NCBI GenBank assembly: GCA_965214565.1
Contig: OZ243951.1
Location: 2,579,166 to 2,643,165, forward strand
Direction of reading: 5' to 3'
DNA from: Candidatus Aldehydirespiratoraceae bacterium
Lineage (GTDB): Bacteria > Actinomycetota > Acidimicrobiia > Acidimicrobiales > Aldehydirespiratoraceae
DNA length: 64,000 nt
The notes under the pieces are model-generated. The model saw only the letters and a program-made list of their open reading frames with translations, made no database searches and was not told the origin of the DNA. A program made the position numbers and the translations under genes. Shown here in pieces: positions 49,668-59,594 of the stretch (its first letter is position 1; each line of letters starts with the position of its first letter).

Positions 49668-52385
49668 TCAGGCACCGGTGTCTGGATGGGCCGGGTCGGG
49701 ACGGTAGGGGTCGATCCCTGCATCGGCAATAGCACGGCTGACTTCTTCACGGGTGGCGGTGCCTTCTTCGAGCATGGCCGACAGGACCGCAACGACCACG
49801 TTGCGGGCATCGATCTCAAAGAACCGACGAAGTGCTTCGCGGGTGTCGGAACGACCGAACCCGTCGGTTCCGAGGACATGCAGCGGGCGGGGCGTCCAGC
49901 GCGCGATCTGGTCGGGTACCAGGGTCATCCAGTCCGACACGGCCACTATCGGTCCTTCGCTGTCGGCAAGCCTCCGGGCTACGTTGGACAACTCGGGTGC
50001 GCGCTCGGGCGACAGCCGGTTGCGACGTTCCACGTCCAGCGCATCGGCGCGGAGTCGTTTGTAGGAGGTGACGCTCCAGAGTTCGGCGCCGATGTCGTAT
50101 TCGTCGGCAAGTATCTGTTGGGCCTCGCGCGCGGCGAGGTTCAGGGTTCCCGAGAAGAGGATGGTTGCACGGCGTTCCGGCCCGTCGGGACCGTCGTCGA
50201 ACTTGTAGATCCCGTCGGTGATGTCACGGTCCTGCACATGGTCGGGCCGCGGCGGCTGTTCGTAGTTCTCGTTGTAGATCGTGATGTAGTAGAACACGTC
50301 CTCACCGTCGGCTGAGCGCCCGTCGGGGTACATCCGGTGCAGACCGTGGCGCAGAATCGTGCCGAGTTCGTAGGCGAAGGCGGGGTCGTAGGCCTCGCAC
50401 GAGGGGACCGTGGAGGCCAACAGCATGCTGTGGCCGTCCTGATGCTGCAGCCCCTCGCCCAACAGCGTGGTCCGGCCGGCGGTGGCACCCATCAGGAAAC
50501 CGCGCGTTCGAGCGTCAGCTGCTGCCCACAGCGAATCGCCCACCCGCTGGAAACCGAACATCGAGTAGAACGTGTAGAACGGGACCATTGGAACACCGCT
50601 GTTGGCAAAGGCGGTGCCGGCCGCGATCCACTCGGCAGTGGAACCGCACTCGGTGATGCCCTCCTCGAGGATCTGTCCGTCCTCGGATTCGGCGTAGGAC
50701 AGCAACAGGTCGTGGTCGACCGGTTCGTAGAGTTGGCCCTGCGGCGCGTAGATCCTGAACTCGCGGAACAACGAGTCCATTCCGAAGGTTCGGGCTTCGT
50801 CGGGGACGATCGGCACCACCCGTTCACCGAACCGCTTGTCTCGGAGCAGGTCCCGCAACACTGCGGTGAAGGCCATGGTGGTCGACACAGGCCGCCCCGA
50901 AGACCCCTTCTGAAGGTCTAGGAAGGGTGTTTCGTTCGGCAGCTTGAGCGGTCGCCGGTCGCGCACGATGCGGCTCGGCAGGGGCCCGTCTAGGGCGCGC
51001 CGCCGCCCCATCAGGTACTCGCGCTCCTCTGAGTCTGGTGACGGCCGGTAGTAGGGCGGTATCCCGTCTTCGAGCGACTCTTCGGAGATCTCGTCCTCCA
51101 TCTGGAGCCTGGCGCGCAGTTCCAGGAGTTGTGCCTTGGTCATCTTCTTGATCTGGTGGGTGGCGTTGCGTCCCTCGAAGCCTTCACCGAGGGTCCAGCC
51201 CTTGATGGTCTTGGCGAGGATCACTGTCGGCTGTCCGGTGGTCTGGGCGGCGGCTTTGAACGCCGCGTAGACCTTCTGGTAGTCGTGGCCCCCGCGGGGA
51301 AGTTCCTTGAGGTCGTCGTCGTTGAGATGCACGACGAGTTTGCGCAGTCTCGGGTCGGGTCCGAAGAAGTTCTCGCGGATGTAGGCGCCGTCCTCGACCG
51401 CGAAGCGCTGGTACTCGCCGTCCACCGTCTCGGCCATCTTGTTGAGCAGCACCCCGTCGACGTCGCGGTGGAGCAGTTCATCCCAACGGCTCCCCCATAT
51501 CACCTTGATGACGTTCCAACCTGCGCCGCGGAATACTCCTTCGAGCTCCTGGATGATCTTGCCGTTGCCTCTCACGGGACCGTCGAGCCGCTGCAGGTTG
51601 CAGTTGACGACCCATTTCAGATTGTCGAGTCCAGAGCGGCCTGCCAACGAGATGGCTCCCAGGGTCTCGGGTTCGTCGCATTCGCCGTCGCCGAGGAAAC
51701 TCCAGACATTGCTCTGTGACGTGTCGTCGATCTTGCGTTGGTGCATGTAGCGGTTGAATCTGGCGTGGTAGATCGAATTGATCGGACCCAGGCCCATCGA
51801 GACCGTGGGGTACTCCCAGAACTCCGGCATCAGGCGGGGGTGCGGATAGCTTGAGAGGCCGTTGCCGCCGACTTCCATACGGAAGTTGTCGAGCTGCTGT
51901 TCGTTGAGGCGCCCTTCAAGGTACGCACGTGCGTAGATCCCGGGTGCAGCATGACCCTGGAAGTAGACGTGGTCGCCGGGAAGTCCGTCCTCCTTGCCTC
52001 TGAAGAAATGGTTGAAGCCGACTTCGTAGAGCGCCGCGCTCGAGGCGAACGTCGACAGGTGGCCTCCGATGCCGTCGGCGGTCTTGTTGGCACGGATAAC
52101 CATCGCCGCAGCGTTCCAGCGGATTATCGCACGGATGCGGCGTTCGATGTTCTCGTCTCCGGGGAAGAAGGGCTGTGACTCAGCGGGGATGGTGTTGATG
52201 TAGGGCGTGCCGGTCGTCGGGGGAACGCCGATCTGCAGTTCATTGGACCGTTCGAGAAGCTTGGCGAGCAGGTATCGGGCCCGAGCCTGGCCCTGCCCGG
52301 CGTGGACAGCATCGAGGGAGTCGATCCATTCGGTGGTCTCGTCGGGGTCGATGTCGGGCAGTTGGCGGGAGAAATGGTCAGCCAT
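49668..52385 (-). CDS. aceE: pyruvate dehydrogenase E1 component, homodimeric type
   Basis: About 905 aa starting MADHFSRQLPDIDPDETTEWIDSL. ThDP-binding GDGE...NLQRLDG. Confidence 0.95.
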   Translation of the reverse strand: MADHFSRQLPDIDPDETTEWIDSLDAVHAGQGQARARYLLAKLLERSNELQIGVPPTTGTPYINTIPAESQPFFPGDENIERRIRAIIRWNAAAMVIRANKTADGIGGHLSTFASSAALYEVGFNHFFRGKEDGLPGDHVYFQGHAAPGIYARAYLEGRLNEQQLDNFRMEVGGNGLSSYPHPRLMPEFWEYPTVSMGLGPINSIYHARFNRYMHQRKIDDTSQSNVWSFLGDGECDEPETLGAISLAGRSGLDNLKWVVNCNLQRLDGPVRGNGKIIQELEGVFRGAGWNVIKVIWGSRWDELLHRDVDGVLLNKMAETVDGEYQRFAVEDGAYIRENFFGPDPRLRKLVVHLNDDDLKELPRGGHDYQKVYAAFKAAAQTTGQPTVILAKTIKGWTLGEGFEGRNATHQIKKMTKAQLLELRARLQMEDEISEESLEDGIPPYYRPSPDSEEREYLMGRRRALDGPLPSRIVRDRRPLKLPNETPFLDLQKGSSGRPVSTTMAFTAVLRDLLRDKRFGERVVPIVPDEARTFGMDSLFREFRIYAPQGQLYEPVDHDLLLSYAESEDGQILEEGITECGSTAEWIAAGTAFANSGVPMVPFYTFYSMFGFQRVGDSLWAAADARTRGFLMGATAGRTTLLGEGLQHQDGHSMLLASTVPSCEAYDPAFAYELGTILRHGLHRMYPDGRSADGEDVFYYITIYNENYEQPPRPDHVQDRDITDGIYKFDDGPDGPERRATILFSGTLNLAAREAQQILADEYDIGAELWSVTSYKRLRADALDVERRNRLSPERAPELSNVARRLADSEGPIVAVSDWMTLVPDQIARWTPRPLHVLGTDGFGRSDTREALRRFFEIDARNVVVAVLSAMLEEGTATREEVSRAIADAGIDPYRPDPAHPDTGA

Positions 52386-52528
52386 ATGTGTGTCTATTCT
52401 CGCAGGACTTTTCGGCTTTGGTTGAAGCTGTTGCCGGTTTTGCCGAAGTGCACTGTGCGTTCGGAAGAGGCCGTGCGCTCGGGAGACCGTGTTCGGGAGG
52501 GGGAGTGGTTGGAAGTCTCGGACAGAAG

Positions 52529-53176
52529 TTGCACAATGGGCGCATCGGTACTTCACCCAGCAATCCGGTCCCAGTCAGGACGGTCTTTACCGACGGTGCC
52601 TGTCAGGGCAATCCCGGCCCCGGTGGTTGGGGCTGGGTGGTGCCCGACGGTCCCTGGGCCAGTGGTGCACAGGAAGTGACGACCAATCAGCGGATGGAGT
52701 TGACGGCGGCTCTCGAAGCGGTGCGAGCGTTGGGCGGTCCGCTTCAGGTGGTTTCCGATTCGACCTATGTTGTTCACTGTTTCCGTGACCGCTGGTGGGC
52801 TGGATGGCTGCAGCGCGGGTGGCGAACCTCCTCCAAGAAGCAGGTCTCCAACCGAGACCTGTGGGAACCTCTGATCGACTTGTACCGCAAAGCATCCGAT
52901 GACATCAGCTTCGTCTGGGTCAAGGGGCACTCCGGCAACCGCTGGAACAATGTTGCAGACCACCTCGCGGTTGAAGCCGCGCGAGCTCAGACGGGTGCTG
53001 GAGGCGAGGACCTGAACGGCATCGACCTGGGAAGGTTCGGCCTCTCCGGCGGCTCAGGCACCGGCAGCCAAGGCATCGGCAGCCCAGGCAGCCCAGGCGA
53101 CTCAGCAGGATCAGGCAGTCTCAGCCTGCCGGGACTTGAGCCTCCCGAAGAGGAAGAGGAACTCAAGCTTTTCTGA
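52529..53176 (+). CDS. rnhA: ribonuclease HI with Gly/Ser/Pro-rich acidic C-terminal tail
   Basis: Contains TDGACQGNPGPGGWG, NQRMEL and VKGHSGN..N..AD motifs. The start is uncertain (TTG 52529 is the closest candidate). Confidence 0.8.
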   Translation: MHNGRIGTSPSNPVPVRTVFTDGACQGNPGPGGWGWVVPDGPWASGAQEVTTNQRMELTAALEAVRALGGPLQVVSDSTYVVHCFRDRWWAGWLQRGWRTSSKKQVSNRDLWEPLIDLYRKASDDISFVWVKGHSGNRWNNVADHLAVEAARAQTGAGGEDLNGIDLGRFGLSGGSGTGSQGIGSPGSPGDSAGSGSLSLPGLEPPEEEEELKLF

Positions 53177-54062
53177 GAGCGTGCCGCAGTGCATCGGCGA
53201 GATCCGGTTGACAGAACTGGTAGCCGCCGGCCAACAACGCTGCGGGTTCTACTCGCTGGCCGGCGTACAGCAGCTGCTGGGTCAGCTCCCTTCCGAACTT
53301 GGCCCACATCACCGCTTTGGGCGTCGGCAGAACTGTTGGACGCCCCAGCACCTGTCCGAGGGTCTTGGTGAACTCTGCGTTGGTGACGGGATTGGGTGCT
53401 GTCATGTTGACAGGTCCGCTGACGTCTTTGTCGAGGAGCCAGATGATGCCCTGCACCATGTCCTGGATTGATATCCAACTCAGCCATTGGCATCCGTCGC
53501 CGATGCGTCCGCCGATTCCGAGTTTGAAGAACGGGAGTTGGGCCTTCAATGCGCCTCCGTCGGGCGCCAACACCACACCGGTGCGAAGATATGTGAGCCG
53601 AGTGGATTCCTGTGCGGGAACAGCAGCCCGTTCCCAGGCGCGCACGACGTCCGCGAGGAAGCCTTCCCCGGCTGAGCTGATCTCATTGAGTCGCTCGCCT
53701 CCCCGGTCTCCGTAGAGGCCGATGGCCGAACCCGACAGGAACACCGACGGAGGGTTCTCGGCAGCGGCGATCGCGTTCGCCAACAGCGCCGTAGTCGTGG
53801 TCCTGCTCTCGAGTATCCGGGTCTTCTGGGCTTCGCTCCAGCGTCTGTCCGCAATCGGTTCTCCGGCTAGGTGTACCACCGCGTCGATGTCTTCAAGGGA
53901 GTCTTCAGCCAACTTGCCGGACGCGGGATTCCAGAATCTGGCTTCGGTGTGGTCGTCGGTGCCGGACCGCAGTAGACGAACCGGTGTGTGGCCTGCGGCT
54001 TGCAGCGCCTTGACCAGCGATGTCCCGATCAATCCGGTGGACCCGCTCACCAGTACTCGCAT
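53163..54062 (-). CDS. TIGR01777-family (YfcH-like) NAD-dependent epimerase/dehydratase with DUF1731 C-terminus
   Basis: Starts MRVLVSGSTGLIGTSL. Length 299 aa. Confidence 0.8.
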   Translation of the reverse strand: MRVLVSGSTGLIGTSLVKALQAAGHTPVRLLRSGTDDHTEARFWNPASGKLAEDSLEDIDAVVHLAGEPIADRRWSEAQKTRILESRTTTTALLANAIAAAENPPSVFLSGSAIGLYGDRGGERLNEISSAGEGFLADVVRAWERAAVPAQESTRLTYLRTGVVLAPDGGALKAQLPFFKLGIGGRIGDGCQWLSWISIQDMVQGIIWLLDKDVSGPVNMTAPNPVTNAEFTKTLGQVLGRPTVLPTPKAVMWAKFGRELTQQLLYAGQRVEPAALLAGGYQFCQPDLADALRHALRKA

Positions 54063-54158
54063 CGTCGTCCTCCCATCTCACTTCTCGTGCTTGGTCGAGT
54101 CAGCCTCTATGCTTGCGCGAATCATAGAGTGCCGAGTTCTTCAGGGAAAGGCCCAAAG

Positions 54159-54395
54159 GTGTCAGACGAACAGGTCAACCAACGGAGAACAAGGCCCGGA
54201 CTCGGCAAGTTCGTCGCTGCTGCGCTGGTGGCTGCGGCGCTGGTCGCTTTCGTGGTTCAGAACACCGACAGTACTCCGGTTCAGTGGTTCTTCATCGACC
54301 GCAGTGCACCGTTGTGGCTGATCATTGTGGTGTCAGCAGTCGCCGGCGCCGTTCTCAGCGAGATTCTGGGCTGGATCATCCGCCGCCGCCGTTGA
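54159..54395 (+). CDS. LapA/DUF1049-like small membrane protein
   Basis: Two TM segments. Contains QNTDSTPVQWFF and a C-terminal RRRR. GTG start at 54159. Confidence 0.6.
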   Translation: MSDEQVNQRRTRPGLGKFVAAALVAAALVAFVVQNTDSTPVQWFFIDRSAPLWLIIVVSAVAGAVLSEILGWIIRRRR

Positions 54396-54456
54396 GGGTC
54401 CCGGAACTGAGCGACACGCGACTCGTGCTGCACCCCACCCGAGCGACGGTCCCTCG

Positions 54457-54897
54457 CTAGTTGATGCTGACCACAACGCTGACGATGGCGACGCACAGTA
54501 CCAGCAGCGTCAAGAAGTTGGCGTAGAAGACGCTCGCTCGCCGCTCCGAGGCTTTGGCCGCCTGCTCGACAATCCCGGCGAGAGCAAGGTGGACAGTAGC
54601 AAAGCCTTCCCTCATCTCGGCGCGGACCGTGTTGAGACCGACTTCCAAGTTGGTCCTGGTTGACTCCTCAAGGGCCTTGAGGTCCTCTTTGGTGGCGAAC
54701 TTCTCGGCTAACCTCTCAAGGTCTTCTTTGGTGGCGAACCTCTCGGCTAACCGTTCAAGGTCTTCTTTGGTGGCGAACTGTTCCCAGCCGCCTGGTGGAT
54801 GGTTATCCATAATGTAATGCGCCTGTTCAGGGCCTAGTTTTTCAACCAGTCTCTCGAAAATCGCTACTCGTTGCTGCTCAGCTTCGATATAGGACAC
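54457..54897 (-). CDS. tail-anchored coiled-coil protein with three 12-aa tandem repeats (FATKEDLERLAE)
   Basis: GGGAGG lies 9 nt upstream of GTG 54897. There is a 36-nt repeat x3 at about 54672-54782. A C-terminal hydrophobic helix is present. Confidence 0.55.
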   Translation of the reverse strand: MSYIEAEQQRVAIFERLVEKLGPEQAHYIMDNHPPGGWEQFATKEDLERLAERFATKEDLERLAEKFATKEDLKALEESTRTNLEVGLNTVRAEMREGFATVHLALAGIVEQAAKASERRASVFYANFLTLLVLCVAIVSVVVSIN

Positions 54898-57800
54898 TAC
54901 TAGACACCTCCCTGCCAATTCAGGAATGTTGCGCTTGGATCAGGGGGAAGTCTGAACACTGCCTGTGCGACGCCGCGCCGCCTATCGCGGACCATGATAC
55001 ACAAAAGATAACTAAGATCATTGTTTAGCATTGAAATTCTTGAGAGCCGACCCTAGCCTCCAGTGCCTGGATCCACCGGTGAGGGCCGTGACGACCAGCA
55101 AGGCTGTCGGCGCTTGTTGCGATCGAATCGCAGAGCCGGTAGCGCGGCAACGCTGGGATCTGGTTAGGGTCGTCGGTTCGTGAACAACTTCCTCCTTGAT
55201 CGCGATCCGACGACTTGGGCAGCACCGGAGCGGTTTCCGTCTGCGCTTGTCCCTGGCGGAGTGTTCGTCCAGGACGCACCGAGCGGCTTGGAGGTGACGG
55301 TGGTCCGCGCTACGCGGCGGCCGTCCGCTGCGGACTTGCGCGACGGATGGTCGAAACGGCGGGCTGGCCGCGCCAGCCCTGTGCTGCTCGTGGCGTTCTA
55401 CCCGACGACCGAAGGCGAGCGGGTGTCTCTGTGTGGTCCAATCGGAGACCCGCCGCTGGTGCATCGCGACCTCGAGGTCTCGCAGGTCGAGAGACTGGCT
55501 GAAGTTGCACTGAGTGAGCCGAGCCACCATGCCGCCACTCGCTTCCTGCTGGCAGCGGCCTCGGAGTTGGACTCCCCGTTTCCGGGTCTCCGAAACGTCG
55601 GTTTGTTGGCGACCCAGGAGCTCAGAGTCGGCGTTCCTGATCGGCCCGACTGGGTTTCGGCCACCCGCAAGGCCTCAGTCTTGCTGGGAAGGCGGGGGCG
55701 TCGTCTGGTTGAGGGCCTGGGGTTCCGAATCGAAACTTTGTCTACCAACGCCCAGATGCTCACAATCAACAACCGCAAGCACGCGGTGGCGGTGTTCTGT
55801 GATGACGACGAGCCTTTCGAGGCGCCGTCGGGCCGGTTCGACAACACCTCACCGGTTTCTAGGGCGCTTGCCCTGGCCGATCAGGAGCGGGTCGATTGGG
55901 TGATCCTCACACGATCCTCGGAGATCCGCCTCTACGCCGCCCGTCCCGACACTGGCGTGGGTCGGAAGGGCCGGGCTGAGACGTTCGTGGAATTGAACCT
56001 TTCCTTGGTTCCCGACGATTTCGCGGGCTATCTCCAATTGCTGTTCTCCGCCGACGCCCTTCGCGACGACGGCACCCTCGAGCAGATTCTTGAGCGGTCG
56101 GCTGACTATGTTGCCGAGTTGGCTGTTCGCTTGCGTGAACGGGTGTACCACGAAACGGTGCCGACCCTGGCCAGAGCCGTCGCCGCTCGGCTCCAATCTG
56201 AACCGGGCAGCGAAGGCTTGAACGAGAGCGACCTGGCCGGAGCCTACGAGCAGGTGATGGTGATCCTGTTCCGGCTGTTGTTCGTGGCCTATGCCGAGGA
56301 CAAGGACCTGTTGCCCTACCGCTCCAACGGCAAGTACGCGGACCACTCGCTGTCGCACAAGGCCCGTCTGCTCGCGGAGGATCGCCACAAGGGCGCAGAC
56401 GACTACGACGCGGGCTCCACTGATCTGTGGGACGACGTGAAGCAACTGTGGGGTGCAGTCAATCTGGGCAACCGCGACTGGGGCGTGCCTGCCTACAACG
56501 GTGGCCTCTTTTCTTCTGATCCCCAGGTGAGTCATTCGGGGGCGGCCATTGCTGAGATCACACTCAACAACGCCGAGTTCGGCCCAGCCCTGTCAGCAGT
56601 GCTGGTGGACGAGGGGTCCGAGGCCGAGGGCGTGGGCCCGGTGGACTTCCGCTCTCTGTCGGTGCGGGAGTTCGGCACCATCTATGAAGGCCTGTTGGAG
56701 TCGAAGCTGTCGGTGGCCCAAGACGACTTGACCGTCAAGTCCATCAAGGGCAAGGAGAATTACGTACCCGCCTCCGATGATGACGAGGTGGAGGTGCGAG
56801 CAGGTGAGGTGTACTTCCACAACCGTTCCGGTGTCCGTAAGGCAACCGGCTCCTACTTCACCAAGCCGTTCGCTGTCGAGCACCTGCTCGACAGCGCCCT
56901 TGAACCGGCCCTAGACGATCACATCGCCCGCTTGGACGGCCTGCGGGAATCCGGTGACGACGCCGCGTTGGCCGAGGCGTTCTTCGACTTCCGATGTGCC
57001 GACATAGCCATGGGCTCGGCTCACTTTCTGGTGGCCGCGGTCGACCGCATCGAGGCCCGCCTGTCTGCGTGGTTGACCCTTCATCCCGTCGCGGCGGTGA
57101 CTGCGGAACTCAACCGGCTGCGCAACACAGCGCTCGAGGCGCTGGGCGATCTCGCCGACGCCACCGAAGTCGAACAGTCTTCCCTGCTGCGCCGCCAGGT
57201 GGCCCGGCACTGCATCTATGGAGTCGACAAGAACAGCGTCGCTGTCGAACTGGCCCGGCTCGCGATCTGGGTACACACCTTCGTTCCCGGTTTGCCGCTG
57301 TCGTTCCTCGATCACAACCTCGTCCAAGGCGACAGCCTGACCGGCGTGGCTTCGGTCGACGATGCAGCTGCCGCCGTGAAGCCGAGGGGAAGCAGAGCGG
57401 ATTCGTCGTTGTTCGTGTATCTGTTGGAGGAACTGCTGGAAGAGTGTCTGGGGCCGTTGGCCAGGCTCGGGCGCCTCAACGATGCCGACAAGTCCGAGAT
57501 CGACGAAGCACGCGCCGCGCGCGCAGAGACCCGCGAAGCTGTCGCACCGGTCAGGTCGGTGTTCGATGTGGCTTCCGCGGTTCGTGCCGGGGCCATCAAG
57601 ATTCACAGCGATTTCGATTTCAGCCCGGAGAGCATCGCCGCGTTGGCGCAGGAACCAGAAGTTCAGGAAGCTGTCCGCCGGCTCACGCCCGTCCACTATC
57701 CGACAGCTTGGCCTGAGGTGTTCGCCCGAACCGGAAAGAGCGGCTTCGACTGTCTGCTCGGCAACCCACCCTGGGAGAAGGTAGTGGTGGACCGAGAGGT

Positions 57801-58142
57801 CTGGTGGGGCATGCACTTGCCCGGTGTCCGCGCGCTTCCGGTGGCGAAGCGCCGCGCACAGATTGATGCTCTGGAGGCTGCTCGGCCGGATCTGGCTGCT
57901 GAGTTCGAGAATGAGCACAAGCGGACTGAAGCATTGAAGTTGGTGCTGCGAGCCACGTTCGCGAACCTCGGTTCTGGCCAGACCGATCTCTATAAGGCCT
58001 TTGCCTGGGCGAATTTCGCACTCTGCAGTGAAGGCGGAAGGCTCGGTATTGTGCTTCCCCGTTCGGCTGTGTCAGATGCGGGCATGGCCAACTGGCGCAA
58101 GGAGATCGTCGCCGTACCTACCGGAGGCGCACAGGTCCGCGC

Positions 58143-58158
58143 GGGGGGGGGGGGGGGG
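58143..58158 (+). repeat. G16 homopolymer inside the methyltransferase gene
   Basis: Counted directly: gc + 16 g + tg. Confidence 0.95.
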
Positions 58159-58604
58159 TGTCGACGCGAATATCGGTGGCGACCGTCATCAACCACAAGG
58201 GATGGGTGTTCGAGGGGGTCCACAACTCCTACACGGTGGCGCTGGTGGCGGTCACCCGATCCTCTCGGTCGTCACCTGCCTCAACACCAAGCAGTGGGCG
58301 TTCGACGGTCTCGACGGCCGATACACGGTCGCGCTGGTCTCGGTACGAAAGCTCAACCGCAGAGCTGAACCAAGGGGGTGGCTTTGACGGCGACCCCGAC
58401 GAGCCCCACGTTGCCGTCTACCCGGGGCCTGCGAGTTCACTGACCCAGTTTCACGAGTTGGTGGACGGTAAACCCGAGCTGATCCCAGTCTCTGAGTTCA
58501 CGCGGTGGTCCAACACTGCCGCGTTCCCCCAGATACCGACCCGCCCTGCCTTTCGGGTATGGCGCAAGATCAAGGCGCATCCCCGCTTCGACGGTGCAGA
58601 TCTG

Positions 58605-58624
58605 CACACACACACACACACACA
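58605..58624 (+). repeat. (CA)10 dinucleotide repeat inside the methyltransferase gene
   Basis: Counted directly: ctg (ca)x10 ccgctgg. Confidence 0.95.
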
Positions 58625-59594
58625 CCGCTGGCGATTCCGTCCGGTCCAAGGCGATCTCAACTCAACGAACGACAGAAAGAGGTTTCTCAAGGACGACGGG
58701 CGTGGGGCTTCCATCCAGTCTCCGAACTTCACTCGACTCACGACAGGTCCAGATTCGTGAGCGACGATGGTATTTCCGCCCGTCACGAGAACTCGACTCC
58801 ACCAATGACAGGAAACGGTTCATGAAAGACGATGGAGCGGCCGCAGGCACAGCAACCCCAACGAATCTCGTCTGGCCTGTTTGCTCTGGAAAGAGTTTCA
58901 ACCTCTGGCGGCCGGATACAGGCGACTATTACGACAGCGTTGTTGCCGCGAGTATCACCGCGCACCTACAAGAAAAGCGATATCGGCGGAGCAGAGTCAA
59001 GTCTTCAGCTTTCTCTCAGATCGATGAAGCGCTGCTGGCCGATCCAACAACTCTGGCCTGCATGAGAGCAAGGATCGTATTTCGCAGGGTAGCTAGGACT
59101 ACCGATACTCGTACTTTTGTGTGCGCCCTTGTCCCACCCCACAGAGTCACCACAGAAGCCGCCTCCTATTTCGAACAGGTCCGAGGGGAGATATCCGACG
59201 AAGCGTATCTGTTGGGGCTTCTGTCGTCGATGATTTTCGATTGGCAACTCCGCCGTGTCATGGAATTGACCCTCAGTTTTACGGATCTTATGGCGACATC
59301 CCTCCCCGACCCTGGTAAGGGTCACCCGGTGCGTGATCGGGTTGTTGCGCTTGCTGGGCGGCTCGCCGCGACGGATGAGAGGTATGCGGATTGGGCTGCC
59401 GAAGTCGGTGTACCTATCAGGTCAGCGAACGATGAGGAGACCAAGCAGGACCTGATCTGCGAACTCGACGCGTGCGTCGCCCACCTCTACGGGTTGGATG
59501 AAGACGACCTCGCGGTGATCTACGAGACCTTCAGCGAAACCGTCGACTACACCGACCGCTACGCGGCGGTCCTTCAACACTTCAGGAGGTTGGC

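Noticed and set aside
49640-49879. N-terminal 80 codons of ORF 49097..49879.
   Set aside because: This part overlaps the 3' end of aceE. HhH-GPD homology begins after it, and GTG 49639 gives a non-overlapping gene.
55018-55530. 170-aa minus-strand ORF across the methyltransferase promoter and 5' end.
   Set aside because: It is antisense to the methyltransferase N-terminus and has Arg/Ala-rich nonsense composition.
58001-58760. ORFs 58001..58387 and 58158..58760 as independent genes.
   Set aside because: They are alternative-frame continuations of the methyltransferase. They carry its conserved segments and lack their own RBS. They are treated as parts of one disrupted or phase-variable gene.
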